This document shows, one piece after another, positions 1 to 7,719 of a stretch of DNA of 32,000 bases. This stretch comes from Anaerobacillus sp. Lineage in GTDB: Bacteria > Bacillota > Bacilli > Bacillales > Anaerobacillaceae. Made by a program: the position numbers and the translations under genes. The stretch is from the NCBI GenBank assembly GCA_036676095.1, contig JAKFDP010000064.1, forward strand, positions 1 through 32,000. The letters are read 5' to 3'. Positions within the stretch are counted from its first letter, which is position 1. Each line of letters begins with the position of its first letter. The notes under the pieces are model-generated. The model was not told where the DNA came from. It was given only the letters and a program-made list of their open reading frames with translations, and searched no databases.

Positions 1-1
1 A

Positions 2-91
2 AGTGAGCAAATCTTTGAGCAAACTTTATTCTCAAAGAATAATTGGGAAAATGCCATTGAAGTCAGATGTATCAAGGGGTTTATCCAATAA
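2..91 (+). CDS. 3' end of an unidentified CDS entering from upstream of the window (29 codons then TAA)
   Basis: Frame 2 is open from the window edge (..SEQIFEQTLFSKNNWENAIEVRCIKGFIQ*). A rho-independent terminator follows about 30 nt downstream. The fragment is too short to assign a family. Confidence 0.3.
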   Translation, partial: SEQIFEQTLFSKNNWENAIEVRCIKGFIQ

Positions 92-121
92 CCTATTTCT
101 GCAAACTTTATTCTCATTTAA

Positions 122-170
122 CACTAAGGGATATCAGGATGAAGTCCCTTAGGTGTTTTTTGTTTTTTTT
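122..170 (+). terminator. Rho-independent terminator
   Basis: Stem CACTAAGGGA / TCCCTTAGGTG (one bulge) is followed by TTTTTTGTTTTTTTT. Confidence 0.7.
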
Positions 171-300
171 CTAACCGACTTTCTAAACATGGACCACATA
201 CAAGAAATGCTCAGCTTCTCTAACAACATGGTCTACTAATAATGGAGTTAGGATATGTATAAAATTATAGAGGGAATTCCTTGAGAAATCTTTAAAAAGA

Positions 301-397
301 CATGTGACCAAGTCGGATCGGACCATAGTTCCGTTATTTCTCGAAAATCAGTATTTTTTAAAAGCTATCGGACTTTGTCCGTTAGGATAGTCACATG
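301..397. repeat. 97-bp palindromic element: CATGTGAC/GTCACATG termini enclosing two copies of an ATCGGAC-N-GTCCGTTA hairpin motif
   Basis: CATGTGAC lies at 301-308 and GTCACATG at 390-397. ATCGGACCATAGTTCCGTTA (317-336) and ATCGGACTTTGTCCGTTA (367-384) are direct copies of a motif that is itself a small hairpin (CGGA..TCCG / CGGAC..GTCCG). Confidence 0.45.
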
Positions 398-632
398 CAC
401 AGTGTAAATGAAGGGAAAAGGGGATGATATAGATTAGCAGCAAAACTTATTTTCCTATCCATAAAAGTTGCTCCCCATAGCTCTAGCCTAATATTTGTCG
501 ACTTGGGCTTTTTTATTTAGGGTGAAGAAGGATATCAAAAGCAAAAAATTCCCGAATTATTTGTAATATTATGGTATAATATTAGCTAATTGGATAGTCA
601 GTAGAAATAATGATGAATAACAAATTGCAAAT

Positions 633-1535
633 ATGAAGTTTATTCCGAATGGATTTTCTGTGCGTACTTCTGATAGACGCCATCCACTTTCTAAAAAAGT
701 AAATTTTCGCGATATTAGAGCCCCTTTCAACTTAAAAAGAGCAAAAGATAGTATAGGAACTCTCGGTGGTGGGAATCATTTTATCGAAGTAAATGAGGAT
801 GAACAAGGTGGAGTTTATATTGTTATTCATAGTGGTTCTCGAAATCTAGGAAAGCGAGTTGCAGAATACTATCAAAACCTTGCCTATGATACGCTTCTGA
901 ATGTAGAAGGGGAAAAACAACGTATTATACAAACGTTAAAAGAACAAGGTCGCGAAAGAGACATTCAAGCAGCATTAAAAGAAATAGAGCTACCAAATAT
1001 AAAAAAAGAACTGGCATACCTTGAAGGTGAACACTTTCATAATTATATGAACGATATGAAAATTGCCCAGCAATATGCTTTATTAAACCGTAAAGCGATG
1101 ATAGATGAAATTGTTACACGTATGGGATGGTCGATTGTTGATAGCTTTACGACGATTCATAATTATATTGATATGGAGACAATGATTTTACGAAAAGGTG
1201 CAATTTCCGCTCAAAAGGATGAGCGAGTAATTATTCCGATTAATATGCGTGATGGTTCGCTAATTGCAGTTGGCAAAGGAAATGAAGATTGGAATTGTTC
1301 TGCTCCACATGGAGCAGGGCGATTAATGAGCCGGTCAAAAGCTAAAAAGGTTCTTTCGTTAAACGATTTTCAAGAAACAATGAAAGATGTGTGGACGACT
1401 TCTGTTCATCAATCGACCCTTGACGAATCACCAATGGCCTATAAGCCCTTTCAGGAGATTGTCGATAATAGCAAAGAAACGATCGCCATTACTAATGTGA
1501 TTAAACCTTTATATAATTTTAAAGCGGCTAATTAG
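633..1535 (+). CDS. rtcB: RtcB-family RNA ligase, N-terminally truncated ORF (probable pseudogene or fragment)
   Basis: RtcB signature stretches are present: SIGTLGGGNHFIEV, HSGSRNLG and CSAPHGAGR. At 300 aa the ORF starts in the middle of the family's catalytic domain. An in-frame TAA lies at 618-620. There is no Shine-Dalgarno in the 15 nt before the ATG. Confidence 0.7.
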   Translation: MKFIPNGFSVRTSDRRHPLSKKVNFRDIRAPFNLKRAKDSIGTLGGGNHFIEVNEDEQGGVYIVIHSGSRNLGKRVAEYYQNLAYDTLLNVEGEKQRIIQTLKEQGRERDIQAALKEIELPNIKKELAYLEGEHFHNYMNDMKIAQQYALLNRKAMIDEIVTRMGWSIVDSFTTIHNYIDMETMILRKGAISAQKDERVIIPINMRDGSLIAVGKGNEDWNCSAPHGAGRLMSRSKAKKVLSLNDFQETMKDVWTTSVHQSTLDESPMAYKPFQEIVDNSKETIAITNVIKPLYNFKAAN

Positions 1536-1637
1536 GGAATGTCTTTTTGTACGTTAAGAAAGAAATTTTTAGCCAAGATGTTTGTTCGACGTAGTGAAAA
1601 ATTTTAAGTTTTAAGTATAAGTGCAACTAAGGCTCAG

Positions 1638-1674
1638 CCAGCGCCAAAAGGCTTGGCAAAGCCCGAGTTTTCTT
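1638..1674 (+). repeat. Dispersed 37-38 nt repeat, copy A (CCAGCGCCAAAAGGCTTGGCAAAGCCCGAGTTTTCTT)
   Basis: The 27-nt core 1648-1674 matches 22330-22356 at 25 of 27 positions. Both copies lie in 3' intergenic DNA. The core contains a GGCTT-N4-AAGCC mini-hairpin. Confidence 0.6.
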
Positions 1675-1780
1675 TATGCAATTACCCCGTAACTATTCAT
1701 TTACCTCTAACCATCTATTCCTAAAAATAAGATGGAGGTTGCTGGACAGAAGTAACCTCTGCTTATTAAAGTAAAAGGAA

Positions 1781-2173
1781 TTAGATTAATTTAGAATAAA
1801 TAACCATTGTTCCTGGAATAGTAAGAGCCATAATGCAAAATAGTAATTGGAGCACCTGAGTCGAATCGAGTATTAATGGTCCGAATGAACCGGTTAATAA
1901 AAAAAGAACGATAATTGTGCCAAATAACACAAAATAGTTGATAGTCAATGCTTTTCCCATTATTGCTTTAGAACGTTCATCCTTCGGGAACAAGTGTGGT
2001 GAAAGGTATGCAAGCATCAGTTGATTTATCCCCAAAGCTAACAACATTATTGCATCGGGAAATTCACCATTGAATATATACTCGTAGTTTAAGTAAATCC
2101 CCATCCCAGTTAGCAAGATCCCGTGAAATAAATAGACTAATTGATTTTGTTTTGCCTTTTTTGTTCCAATCAT
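1781..2173 (-). CDS. Small integral membrane protein (about 4 TM), unknown function, co-transcribed with the XRE regulator
   Basis: The 130-aa protein is hydrophobic. A GAGGAGG RBS sits 8 nt before the ATG, embedded in the end of the upstream XRE gene (3-nt gap). Confidence 0.6.
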   Translation of the reverse strand: MIGTKKAKQNQLVYLFHGILLTGMGIYLNYEYIFNGEFPDAIMLLALGINQLMLAYLSPHLFPKDERSKAIMGKALTINYFVLFGTIIVLFLLTGSFGPLILDSTQVLQLLFCIMALTIPGTMVIYSKLI

Positions 2174-2176
2174 GGT

Positions 2177-2374
2177 TCATTCCTCCTCATAAATAAAAAT
2201 ATCTTCAATTTGGGAGTTAAATATACGTGAAAGTTTAAATGCTAAAATAATAGAAGGGTTGTAACGTTCTTTTTCTAGTGAAATAATTGTTTGTCTTGAT
2301 ACATTTAATTGCTCAGCTAATTCATCCTGAGTTAAATTATGTTTTGCACGCAAATCTTTAATATTATTTTTCAC
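2177..2374 (-). CDS. XRE/Cro-CI family helix-turn-helix transcriptional regulator (65 aa)
   Basis: The HTH core is LTQDELAEQLNVSRQTIISLEKERYNP. I prefer the GTG start at 2374 (GGAGG 5 nt upstream) over the TTG at 2386 used by the ORF track, which has no RBS. Confidence 0.75.
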   Translation of the reverse strand: MKNNIKDLRAKHNLTQDELAEQLNVSRQTIISLEKERYNPSIILAFKLSRIFNSQIEDIFIYEEE

Positions 2375-2384
2375 TTTATCCTCC

Positions 2385-2401
2385 AAAGTAAAGTTTACTT
2401 T
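2385..2401 (-). promoter_or_regulatory. 8-1-8 perfect palindrome AAAGTAAA-G-TTTACTTT, candidate autoregulatory operator of the XRE gene
   Basis: The perfect inverted repeat lies immediately upstream of the XRE RBS. It is downstream of a candidate promoter on the minus strand (TTGACT 2442-2437, 18 nt spacer, TAAAAT 2418-2413). Confidence 0.4.
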
Positions 2402-2728
2402 ACGTCAAGTTCATTTTACAATCTTTTCCTTTGGGAAGTCAAGTTAACGTTTATTTAATAAATATAAGTAGAAAAACGGATATTTCCATTGTCTACACAT
2501 ACTTTCCTATACAAAAAAGTTCTATTCCAGAAGATCTAGTCCAATATTTATTAGACTAGGTCTTTTACATTCACAATGGATAGCTTGTTAAAAGCAGGTG
2601 ATAGTTTATTTGTGGTTTGCAGAAAGGTAGTTGGAAATTAGGCAATTTTGATTTTCACAATGATGAAAAAGAAGAAAATTGGGAAAAAGCTTTAAGAGGT
2701 AACTTCAACTAATTGGATAGGTTTGATT

Positions 2729-2758
2729 TAAAAAAAGGTTGGCTTATAGGGCCAACCT
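2729..2758 (-). terminator. Rho-independent terminator of the 2761..3243 gene
   Basis: On the minus strand, AGGTTGGC-CCTATAA-GCCAACCT is followed by TTTTTTTT, directly after the stop codon. Confidence 0.75.
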
Positions 2759-2760
2759 GA

Positions 2761-3243
2761 TTAGTAAGAATTATATTCTTCACTCTGTTGTTCACTTCCA
2801 GTGGGAGACGCAATTCCCATCGTTCGCAAAGATTCTTTTGCTTGATTTAAATAGGAATCTGCTTGATTTTGCCATCTGATAATTAGTTGAATAAACGTTA
2901 TAAACTCAGGACTTGCATTTTCTTCCATTGTATTTAAGCCTTCACGTACTTTTTTATCTTGATTTTCAGCATTATTTATACAATCTACCAGTGTCTGGAT
3001 AATGGATTGCCGTTGTTCACCATTCGCTAGTCTCTGGGCCGAACCAACTGCTGAAACTCGATGATATGATGCAGGTACTAGATGATTATGCATTTCGCTA
3101 TTTCCTTTTAAATTTTTCGTTTCTGATATATGAAAAAGTTCTGAACTCATCGCACATACCATTTCTTCTGCATATAGACTTTGGTGTAACAAATTTAAAG
3201 TATGTCCCCAGTTGTTCACTCGATAATAATAATATGGATACAA
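2761..3243 (-). CDS. Hypothetical protein with a Tyr-rich N-terminus (MYPYYYYRVNNW..), no family recognised
   Basis: The ORF is open and has its own terminator. I prefer the TTG start at 3243 (AAAGGAG 8 nt upstream). The ORF track extends to an ATG at 3279 that has no RBS. Confidence 0.5.
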   Translation of the reverse strand: MYPYYYYRVNNWGHTLNLLHQSLYAEEMVCAMSSELFHISETKNLKGNSEMHNHLVPASYHRVSAVGSAQRLANGEQRQSIIQTLVDCINNAENQDKKVREGLNTMEENASPEFITFIQLIIRWQNQADSYLNQAKESLRTMGIASPTGSEQQSEEYNSY

Positions 3244-3698
3244 AAAATCAGCTCCTTTTAAAAAATTTACCGTTACCATAGTTATGATTAGTTATCAGAA
3301 TTAATGTCAATGTATAGCGGTAAAAAAACTCTTTAAGGCGGCTGAAATATCAGAAGGAGGGAAAAATTCAGTTACTAAATGTGATAGAGCAGGAAGTGCA
3401 AAAAGCGTCTACTACCTATGTTTGGATAGACACCGTACATACATCCAAGATTTTAAAGAAATTCAACATTTCCTGGCTCAATATCTAAATTTGTATTAGT
3501 GTTTTTTCTACCTTTTTGTAAATCTTATGTGGCTATTAAGTATACAGCATTTGATCATGTAGCAAAACAAATCAATTTGTAAAAAGCTAGTGCAGCTATT
3601 TCAATTATTGTAAATTTAATACATTGCAACCTCCCATTAAATGGATTATCGATGATATACTTAATTAATAGTATAGAAGATCAATTGAGGTGGTAAAT

Positions 3699-4256
3699 TT
3701 GCAGAAAACTATACCAATAATTATATTAATTTGTATTTTTATTGGTTCATTTGCTTCAGGTGTGGATGCCTGTTCTTGTGCAGAAAATCCAAAAGTAGAA
3801 ATCACTCTTCAACAATCTGAGGCTGTATTTAGTGGGAAAGTCGTTGATGTTAGAGAGAAAAGAACACTAAATGGATATTTATCAAAATCTGTTCTTTTTG
3901 AAGTTATGAATGGTTGGAAGGGTGTCGAACAATCACAAATAATTATCACTACCGGGTTAGGTGATGGGGATTGTGGCTTTGATTTTAAAGAAGGACAAGA
4001 ATACTTAGTTTATGCGAATGAATCCAAAATGTATGAAGTCAAAGGTCTTAAAGCAATTATTTGTAGCCGAACGTCAGAGCTAAATTTAGCTCAGGAAGAT
4101 TTGTTAATACTCGGAAAAGGTAAGCTACCTTCTAAAGAAGTCGATTTGACCGCTCAACAAGCGGGAAGTCAACTTTATCTATGGATTGGAATTGTCCTTG
4201 GGTTTTGCATTATTTTAATAATTGGCTGGCGATTAAAGTTACGAAAAAAAACGTAA
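3699..4256 (+). CDS. Secreted TIMP/NTR-like protein with an N-terminal Cys-Ser-Cys after the signal peptide and a C-terminal TM anchor
   Basis: The signal peptide ends ..SGVDA|CSCAENP. This is followed by AVFSGKVVDV, a beta-rich region with GDGDCGFDFKEGQEYLVYA and ..ICSRT. The C-terminal TM is LYLWIGIVLGFCIILIIGW followed by RLKLRKKT. A GAGGTGG RBS lies 5 nt before the TTG at 3699; the ORF track uses the GTG at 3690. Confidence 0.55.
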   Translation: MQKTIPIIILICIFIGSFASGVDACSCAENPKVEITLQQSEAVFSGKVVDVREKRTLNGYLSKSVLFEVMNGWKGVEQSQIIITTGLGDGDCGFDFKEGQEYLVYANESKMYEVKGLKAIICSRTSELNLAQEDLLILGKGKLPSKEVDLTAQQAGSQLYLWIGIVLGFCIILIIGWRLKLRKKT

Positions 4257-4272
4257 AGTGGAGTGTTATCAA

Positions 4273-5286
4273 ATGATTGAAGAGTTGAAAAATAACATTA
4301 GCAAATTATCCGAGAGTGAAGCAAAGTCTTTGTTATTACTAACCACTTTAAGGATACAATCATTAAAAGATTCAAGTGCTTCAAAAGAGCAAATACTTCA
4401 AGAATTAAATTCAATGTTTAATGTGATTTCTGAAATTCAACAAAATGAAAAGGATATCCAAAGAGAATATCAAACAATACATATTGTTTGTGGAGAGTCG
4501 GGTGCGGAGGCTTTAAGAGTAGGCTTAGGCCGTGAGCATAAGATTATTGGATTTTCAGATTTTTTTGGTATGGGACCCGTCTGGAAGCTTCATCAACAAG
4601 TAGGACAAAACCACCGTTATGATTGGTTAAAGGATCACATAAATATGTGGGATGATATTGAAGAAAAATATAAGGTGCAATTTTGTAATACTCTTGAGCA
4701 GCTACAATCAATTCCAGAAAATATCCCTATCGTTCTTTGGACGGCTGAAAATGCTGATGAGCAAGCTGGAATAAGGTTGTTTCTTCATCTTTTACAAGAA
4801 AAATCCAACACCGTTTCTCTAATCAATACCACTTTAGCCTACCAAGAGCTATTCAACACGAAGGATATTCAATATTTAATTCATCATACAGGCGAAGCTC
4901 ATCCTGAAAAGCTAAGAATGATTTATGATATGAAACGAAATACTCCATTGACTGATAAAGAGAAAAATCAACTTCAAAAAGAATGGCTGGTGCTGTCGGA
5001 AACAAAAGAGGTTTTACGTAAATGGGAAAAAGGAATCATTCAAAACGTTCCTGAAAACTACTATGATCACCTCTTAGTAACCACCGCTCAAAATCTACAT
5101 GCAAAACGGGGGAAAAGAGATTTTATAAAGTCAGCCAGAATAATTGGGCAAGTTTATGGTGAATTAGAAGGCAATGTAAACGATGCTTTTTTAGGATATA
5201 GGTTGAGGTGTCTAATTTATGACGGTGTATTTGAAATGAAAGGTATTCCCAAAGCTATGAGATATTACAGTGTAAAATTAAATTGA
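4273..5286 (+). CDS. DUF1835-like domain protein (cytoplasmic, unknown function)
   Basis: IHIVCGESGAEALRVGL..IIGFSDFFGMGPV resembles the DUF1835 N-terminal signature (HIVxGxSAAGxL..GP). There is no signal peptide or TM. The gene starts 2-17 nt after the upstream stop (ATG 4273 preferred, GTG 4258 possible). Confidence 0.5.
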   Translation: MIEELKNNISKLSESEAKSLLLLTTLRIQSLKDSSASKEQILQELNSMFNVISEIQQNEKDIQREYQTIHIVCGESGAEALRVGLGREHKIIGFSDFFGMGPVWKLHQQVGQNHRYDWLKDHINMWDDIEEKYKVQFCNTLEQLQSIPENIPIVLWTAENADEQAGIRLFLHLLQEKSNTVSLINTTLAYQELFNTKDIQYLIHHTGEAHPEKLRMIYDMKRNTPLTDKEKNQLQKEWLVLSETKEVLRKWEKGIIQNVPENYYDHLLVTTAQNLHAKRGKRDFIKSARIIGQVYGELEGNVNDAFLGYRLRCLIYDGVFEMKGIPKAMRYYSVKLN

Positions 5287-5353
5287 AAAGGATTGGTAAT
5301 TGAACGTTCACAAAACTAATAAAAATATAATGATTTAGGGAGGTATTGCAAAA

Positions 5354-5716
5354 ATGATCAAAAATATTATTATTTTATTATTATTAACAGTTGTATTAAT
5401 GGCTTGTCAAAATGATCTAAATTCGCAAAAAAACATTGGCCCCGATCGTCAAGTTGAAAGAGAAGCAAATCCAATAGTTGTAACGACAGAAGAAACGATG
5501 GAGGCAATATATTTAGGTCAAAAAGATACAAATTCTGTCCAATTAAGCATAAATGGAAAACAAATTACGTTTCAATTAGATGAAATGATCGATAATGAAA
5601 TTAACGCCTTGACTAAAGGAGATAAAGTAAAAATTACTTTGTTAATTAAAACTGAACAAGTAAAAGATGGAGAAATTAAATCGACAAATTTAACAAAAAT
5701 TGAGAAAGTGAAGTGA
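5354..5716 (+). CDS. Small lipoprotein (lipobox LMAC), unknown function
   Basis: The signal peptide is MIKNIIILLLLTVVLMAC|QND. A GGGAGG RBS lies upstream. Confidence 0.6.
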   Translation: MIKNIIILLLLTVVLMACQNDLNSQKNIGPDRQVEREANPIVVTTEETMEAIYLGQKDTNSVQLSINGKQITFQLDEMIDNEINALTKGDKVKITLLIKTEQVKDGEIKSTNLTKIEKVK

Positions 5717-5907
5717 GGAAAAAGCAAAACGATTGTTCCCAAGAAACTCTTCATGATCAGGTTGCTCGACATTAATTTCTTTATAAATGTATATTCAAAA
5801 AATAAGAACAGTGCTTCAAAAATTCCATTTTTGTAAATTTATATGTTATTATAAAGAAGATATTTAATTAAATAAAGATTTTGTTTGTAATTAAGGAGGG
5901 GATCAAT

Positions 5908-6114
5908 GTGGAAAAACGAGGGTGCATTAAATGTGGTAGTACCGAAGCAGGAACTAAAGAAATTGCGACAACGGGTACCGGATTATCTAAATTGTTTGAC
6001 GTCCAGAATAATAAGTTTTTGGTCGTTTATTGTAAAAATTGTGGGTACTCTGAGTTTTACAATAAGGAAGCCTCGACTGTTTCTAATGTGATTGATTTCT
6101 TCTTTGGAGGGTAG
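5908..6114 (+). CDS. Zinc-ribbon domain protein (CxxC..CxxC, DUF2082/Zn_ribbon_13-like)
   Basis: The motifs are CIKCGS ... CKNCGYSEFY. AAGGAGGGG lies 7 nt before the GTG at 5908; the TTG at 5881 in the ORF track lies upstream of that RBS. Confidence 0.6.
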   Translation: MEKRGCIKCGSTEAGTKEIATTGTGLSKLFDVQNNKFLVVYCKNCGYSEFYNKEASTVSNVIDFFFGG

Positions 6115-6188
6115 ATTTTTCTTGAACTTAGTTTATGGATAAATTTGTAGTAGCAAACAGAGAAGCCCCTAACGACTGTGGTTATGGG

Positions 6189-6611
6189 CTATTTCTTTAC
6201 TATTAGAAACAACACATTAAGCCAAGTTATACAAATAAAAGTACCAATACTTGCAGGTAAATAGTGTGTATGAATAGCGACAACTTCCTTAGAGAGTCCA
6301 CCATGATATTCAGATAAAAAAAGAATGATATAAAATAATATTGGACCAATAAGTAGTCTAGTAATAATCACTTGATACATAACTCTATGTAAACCAATCG
6401 AAGTAAGAGCCCCATTTACAACACCGCAAGATACAAACATTAAATGAATAAAAGTCATTTTCAAACCTTTTTCCGATTGATGGTCGATAAAATTATAGTC
6501 GTAAATTAAAGTGTTAAAATAATAGTAGGTGAAAAAAGAAGCAATAGTAATAATTAGAGATAAAAATAATGTTTCAAATACATGTAATGCATTGAATTTT
6601 TTCAATTCCAT
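6189..6611 (-). CDS. Integral membrane protein (about 4 TM), unknown function
   Basis: The ORF encodes a 140-aa strongly hydrophobic protein. No family was recognised. Confidence 0.5.
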   Translation of the reverse strand: MELKKFNALHVFETLFLSLIITIASFFTYYYFNTLIYDYNFIDHQSEKGLKMTFIHLMFVSCGVVNGALTSIGLHRVMYQVIITRLLIGPILFYIILFLSEYHGGLSKEVVAIHTHYLPASIGTFICITWLNVLFLIVKK

Positions 6612-6827
6612 TTGAGCACATCCCGATCGATAGTATATAAAGAAATAACCATTGTTGTTGGTATTTCTGAATAAGAAACTAATCTATTAAAAATTTGTTA
6701 TGTTTTTTGCCATTGGTACATCATTAGTTTACTATAAAAATAGTAAAATGTAACAAATTATGATTTTTATGCTAAACTAAATTTAGCAAAATAAATCGTA
6801 AAGTCTATACTTTTAAAGGAGCTAAAT

Positions 6828-7514
6828 ATGGATACTATTAAGAAACTATTTAATGAAGGTGCACCATCCTACGATGCCAATCGAAAAAAGCTAATACCTT
6901 GCTTTGATAAATTTTATTCAACAGCGCTTGCTATTATCAACAAAGAAAGTCAAGCATCCATTAAAGTCTTAGATTTAGGTGCAGGCACGGGATTAATGTC
7001 CTACTATGTATTAAAAATGTTTCCTAATGCCAACATGACTTTAATTGACTTATCTCAAGGTATGCTTGAAATAGCCAAAGAGCGACTTTTATCGTTAAGC
7101 TCCAATTTTGAAATATTAGAAGCTAATTATGTTAATTACCAATTTACACAAAAATTTGATGTTGTCATATCAGCACTATCAATTCATCATTTAGACAATG
7201 AGGAGAAACAAGTCCTATTTACTAACATTTATAGTTGCTTAAAACCAGGTGGGCAATTCATTAATGCTGACCAAGTGTTAGGCTCAACGACTTCAATTGA
7301 AGCAATATATCGAGATCAATGGTTAAAAGAAGTTACCAGTAGTGGAATTTCACAAGAAGAATTAGCTAAAGCATTAGAGAGAATGAAAGAAGATAAAATG
7401 TCAAAATTAGATGACCAGTTAAAATGGTTAAGAGAAATAGGGTTTGAAGAAGTTAATTGCTGGTTTAAAGATTACAGCTTTGTTGTCTTTTCAGGGCGGA
7501 AAAATCAAGTATAA
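6828..7514 (+). CDS. Class I SAM-dependent methyltransferase
   Basis: Motif I is VLDLGAGTGLMS, followed by the acidic loop LIDLS and post-I/II motifs (DVVISALSIHHL, LKPGGQFI). An AAAGGAG RBS is present. Confidence 0.8.
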   Translation: MDTIKKLFNEGAPSYDANRKKLIPCFDKFYSTALAIINKESQASIKVLDLGAGTGLMSYYVLKMFPNANMTLIDLSQGMLEIAKERLLSLSSNFEILEANYVNYQFTQKFDVVISALSIHHLDNEEKQVLFTNIYSCLKPGGQFINADQVLGSTTSIEAIYRDQWLKEVTSSGISQEELAKALERMKEDKMSKLDDQLKWLREIGFEEVNCWFKDYSFVVFSGRKNQV

Positions 7515-7593
7515 GTGAGCGGGATGAAAAAGAAGAACGACATTATTACATAGTAAAAATGAAAATAGATGAAAAATCTCTATATAATTTCAA

Positions 7594-7628
7594 GGAGTTG
7601 TCAGTTGGCAACTCCAATTTTTATTTTA
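7594..7628 (+). terminator. Rho-independent terminator after the methyltransferase gene
   Basis: GGAGTTG-loop-CAACTCC is followed by AATTTTTATTTT. Confidence 0.5.
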
Positions 7629-7719
7629 TGGGCATTAAAATTAAGGAAGTTTTTATTTACGATGAACCTTTTTATCTAGTTAGTTGTTACTTTTGTAGAA
7701 CGAAAAAAGGGGGGATAAA

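Noticed and set aside
3066-3281. 71-aa plus-strand ORF
   Set aside because: It is entirely antisense to the 2761..3243 gene, has no RBS, and its composition is that of an AT-rich antisense frame.
3366-3488. Strong SD (AGAAGGAGGG at 3352-3361) followed only by an ATT codon and a 40-codon open frame
   Set aside because: There is no canonical start codon at proper spacing; the nearest GTG is 19 nt away. An ATT start is too rare to claim without conservation data. I note it as a curiosity only.
5572-5772. 66-aa minus-strand ORF, together with the 5906..6091 plus-strand ORF
   Set aside because: These overlap the lipoprotein gene and the zinc-ribbon gene respectively, in other frames. They have no RBS and no recognisable domains.
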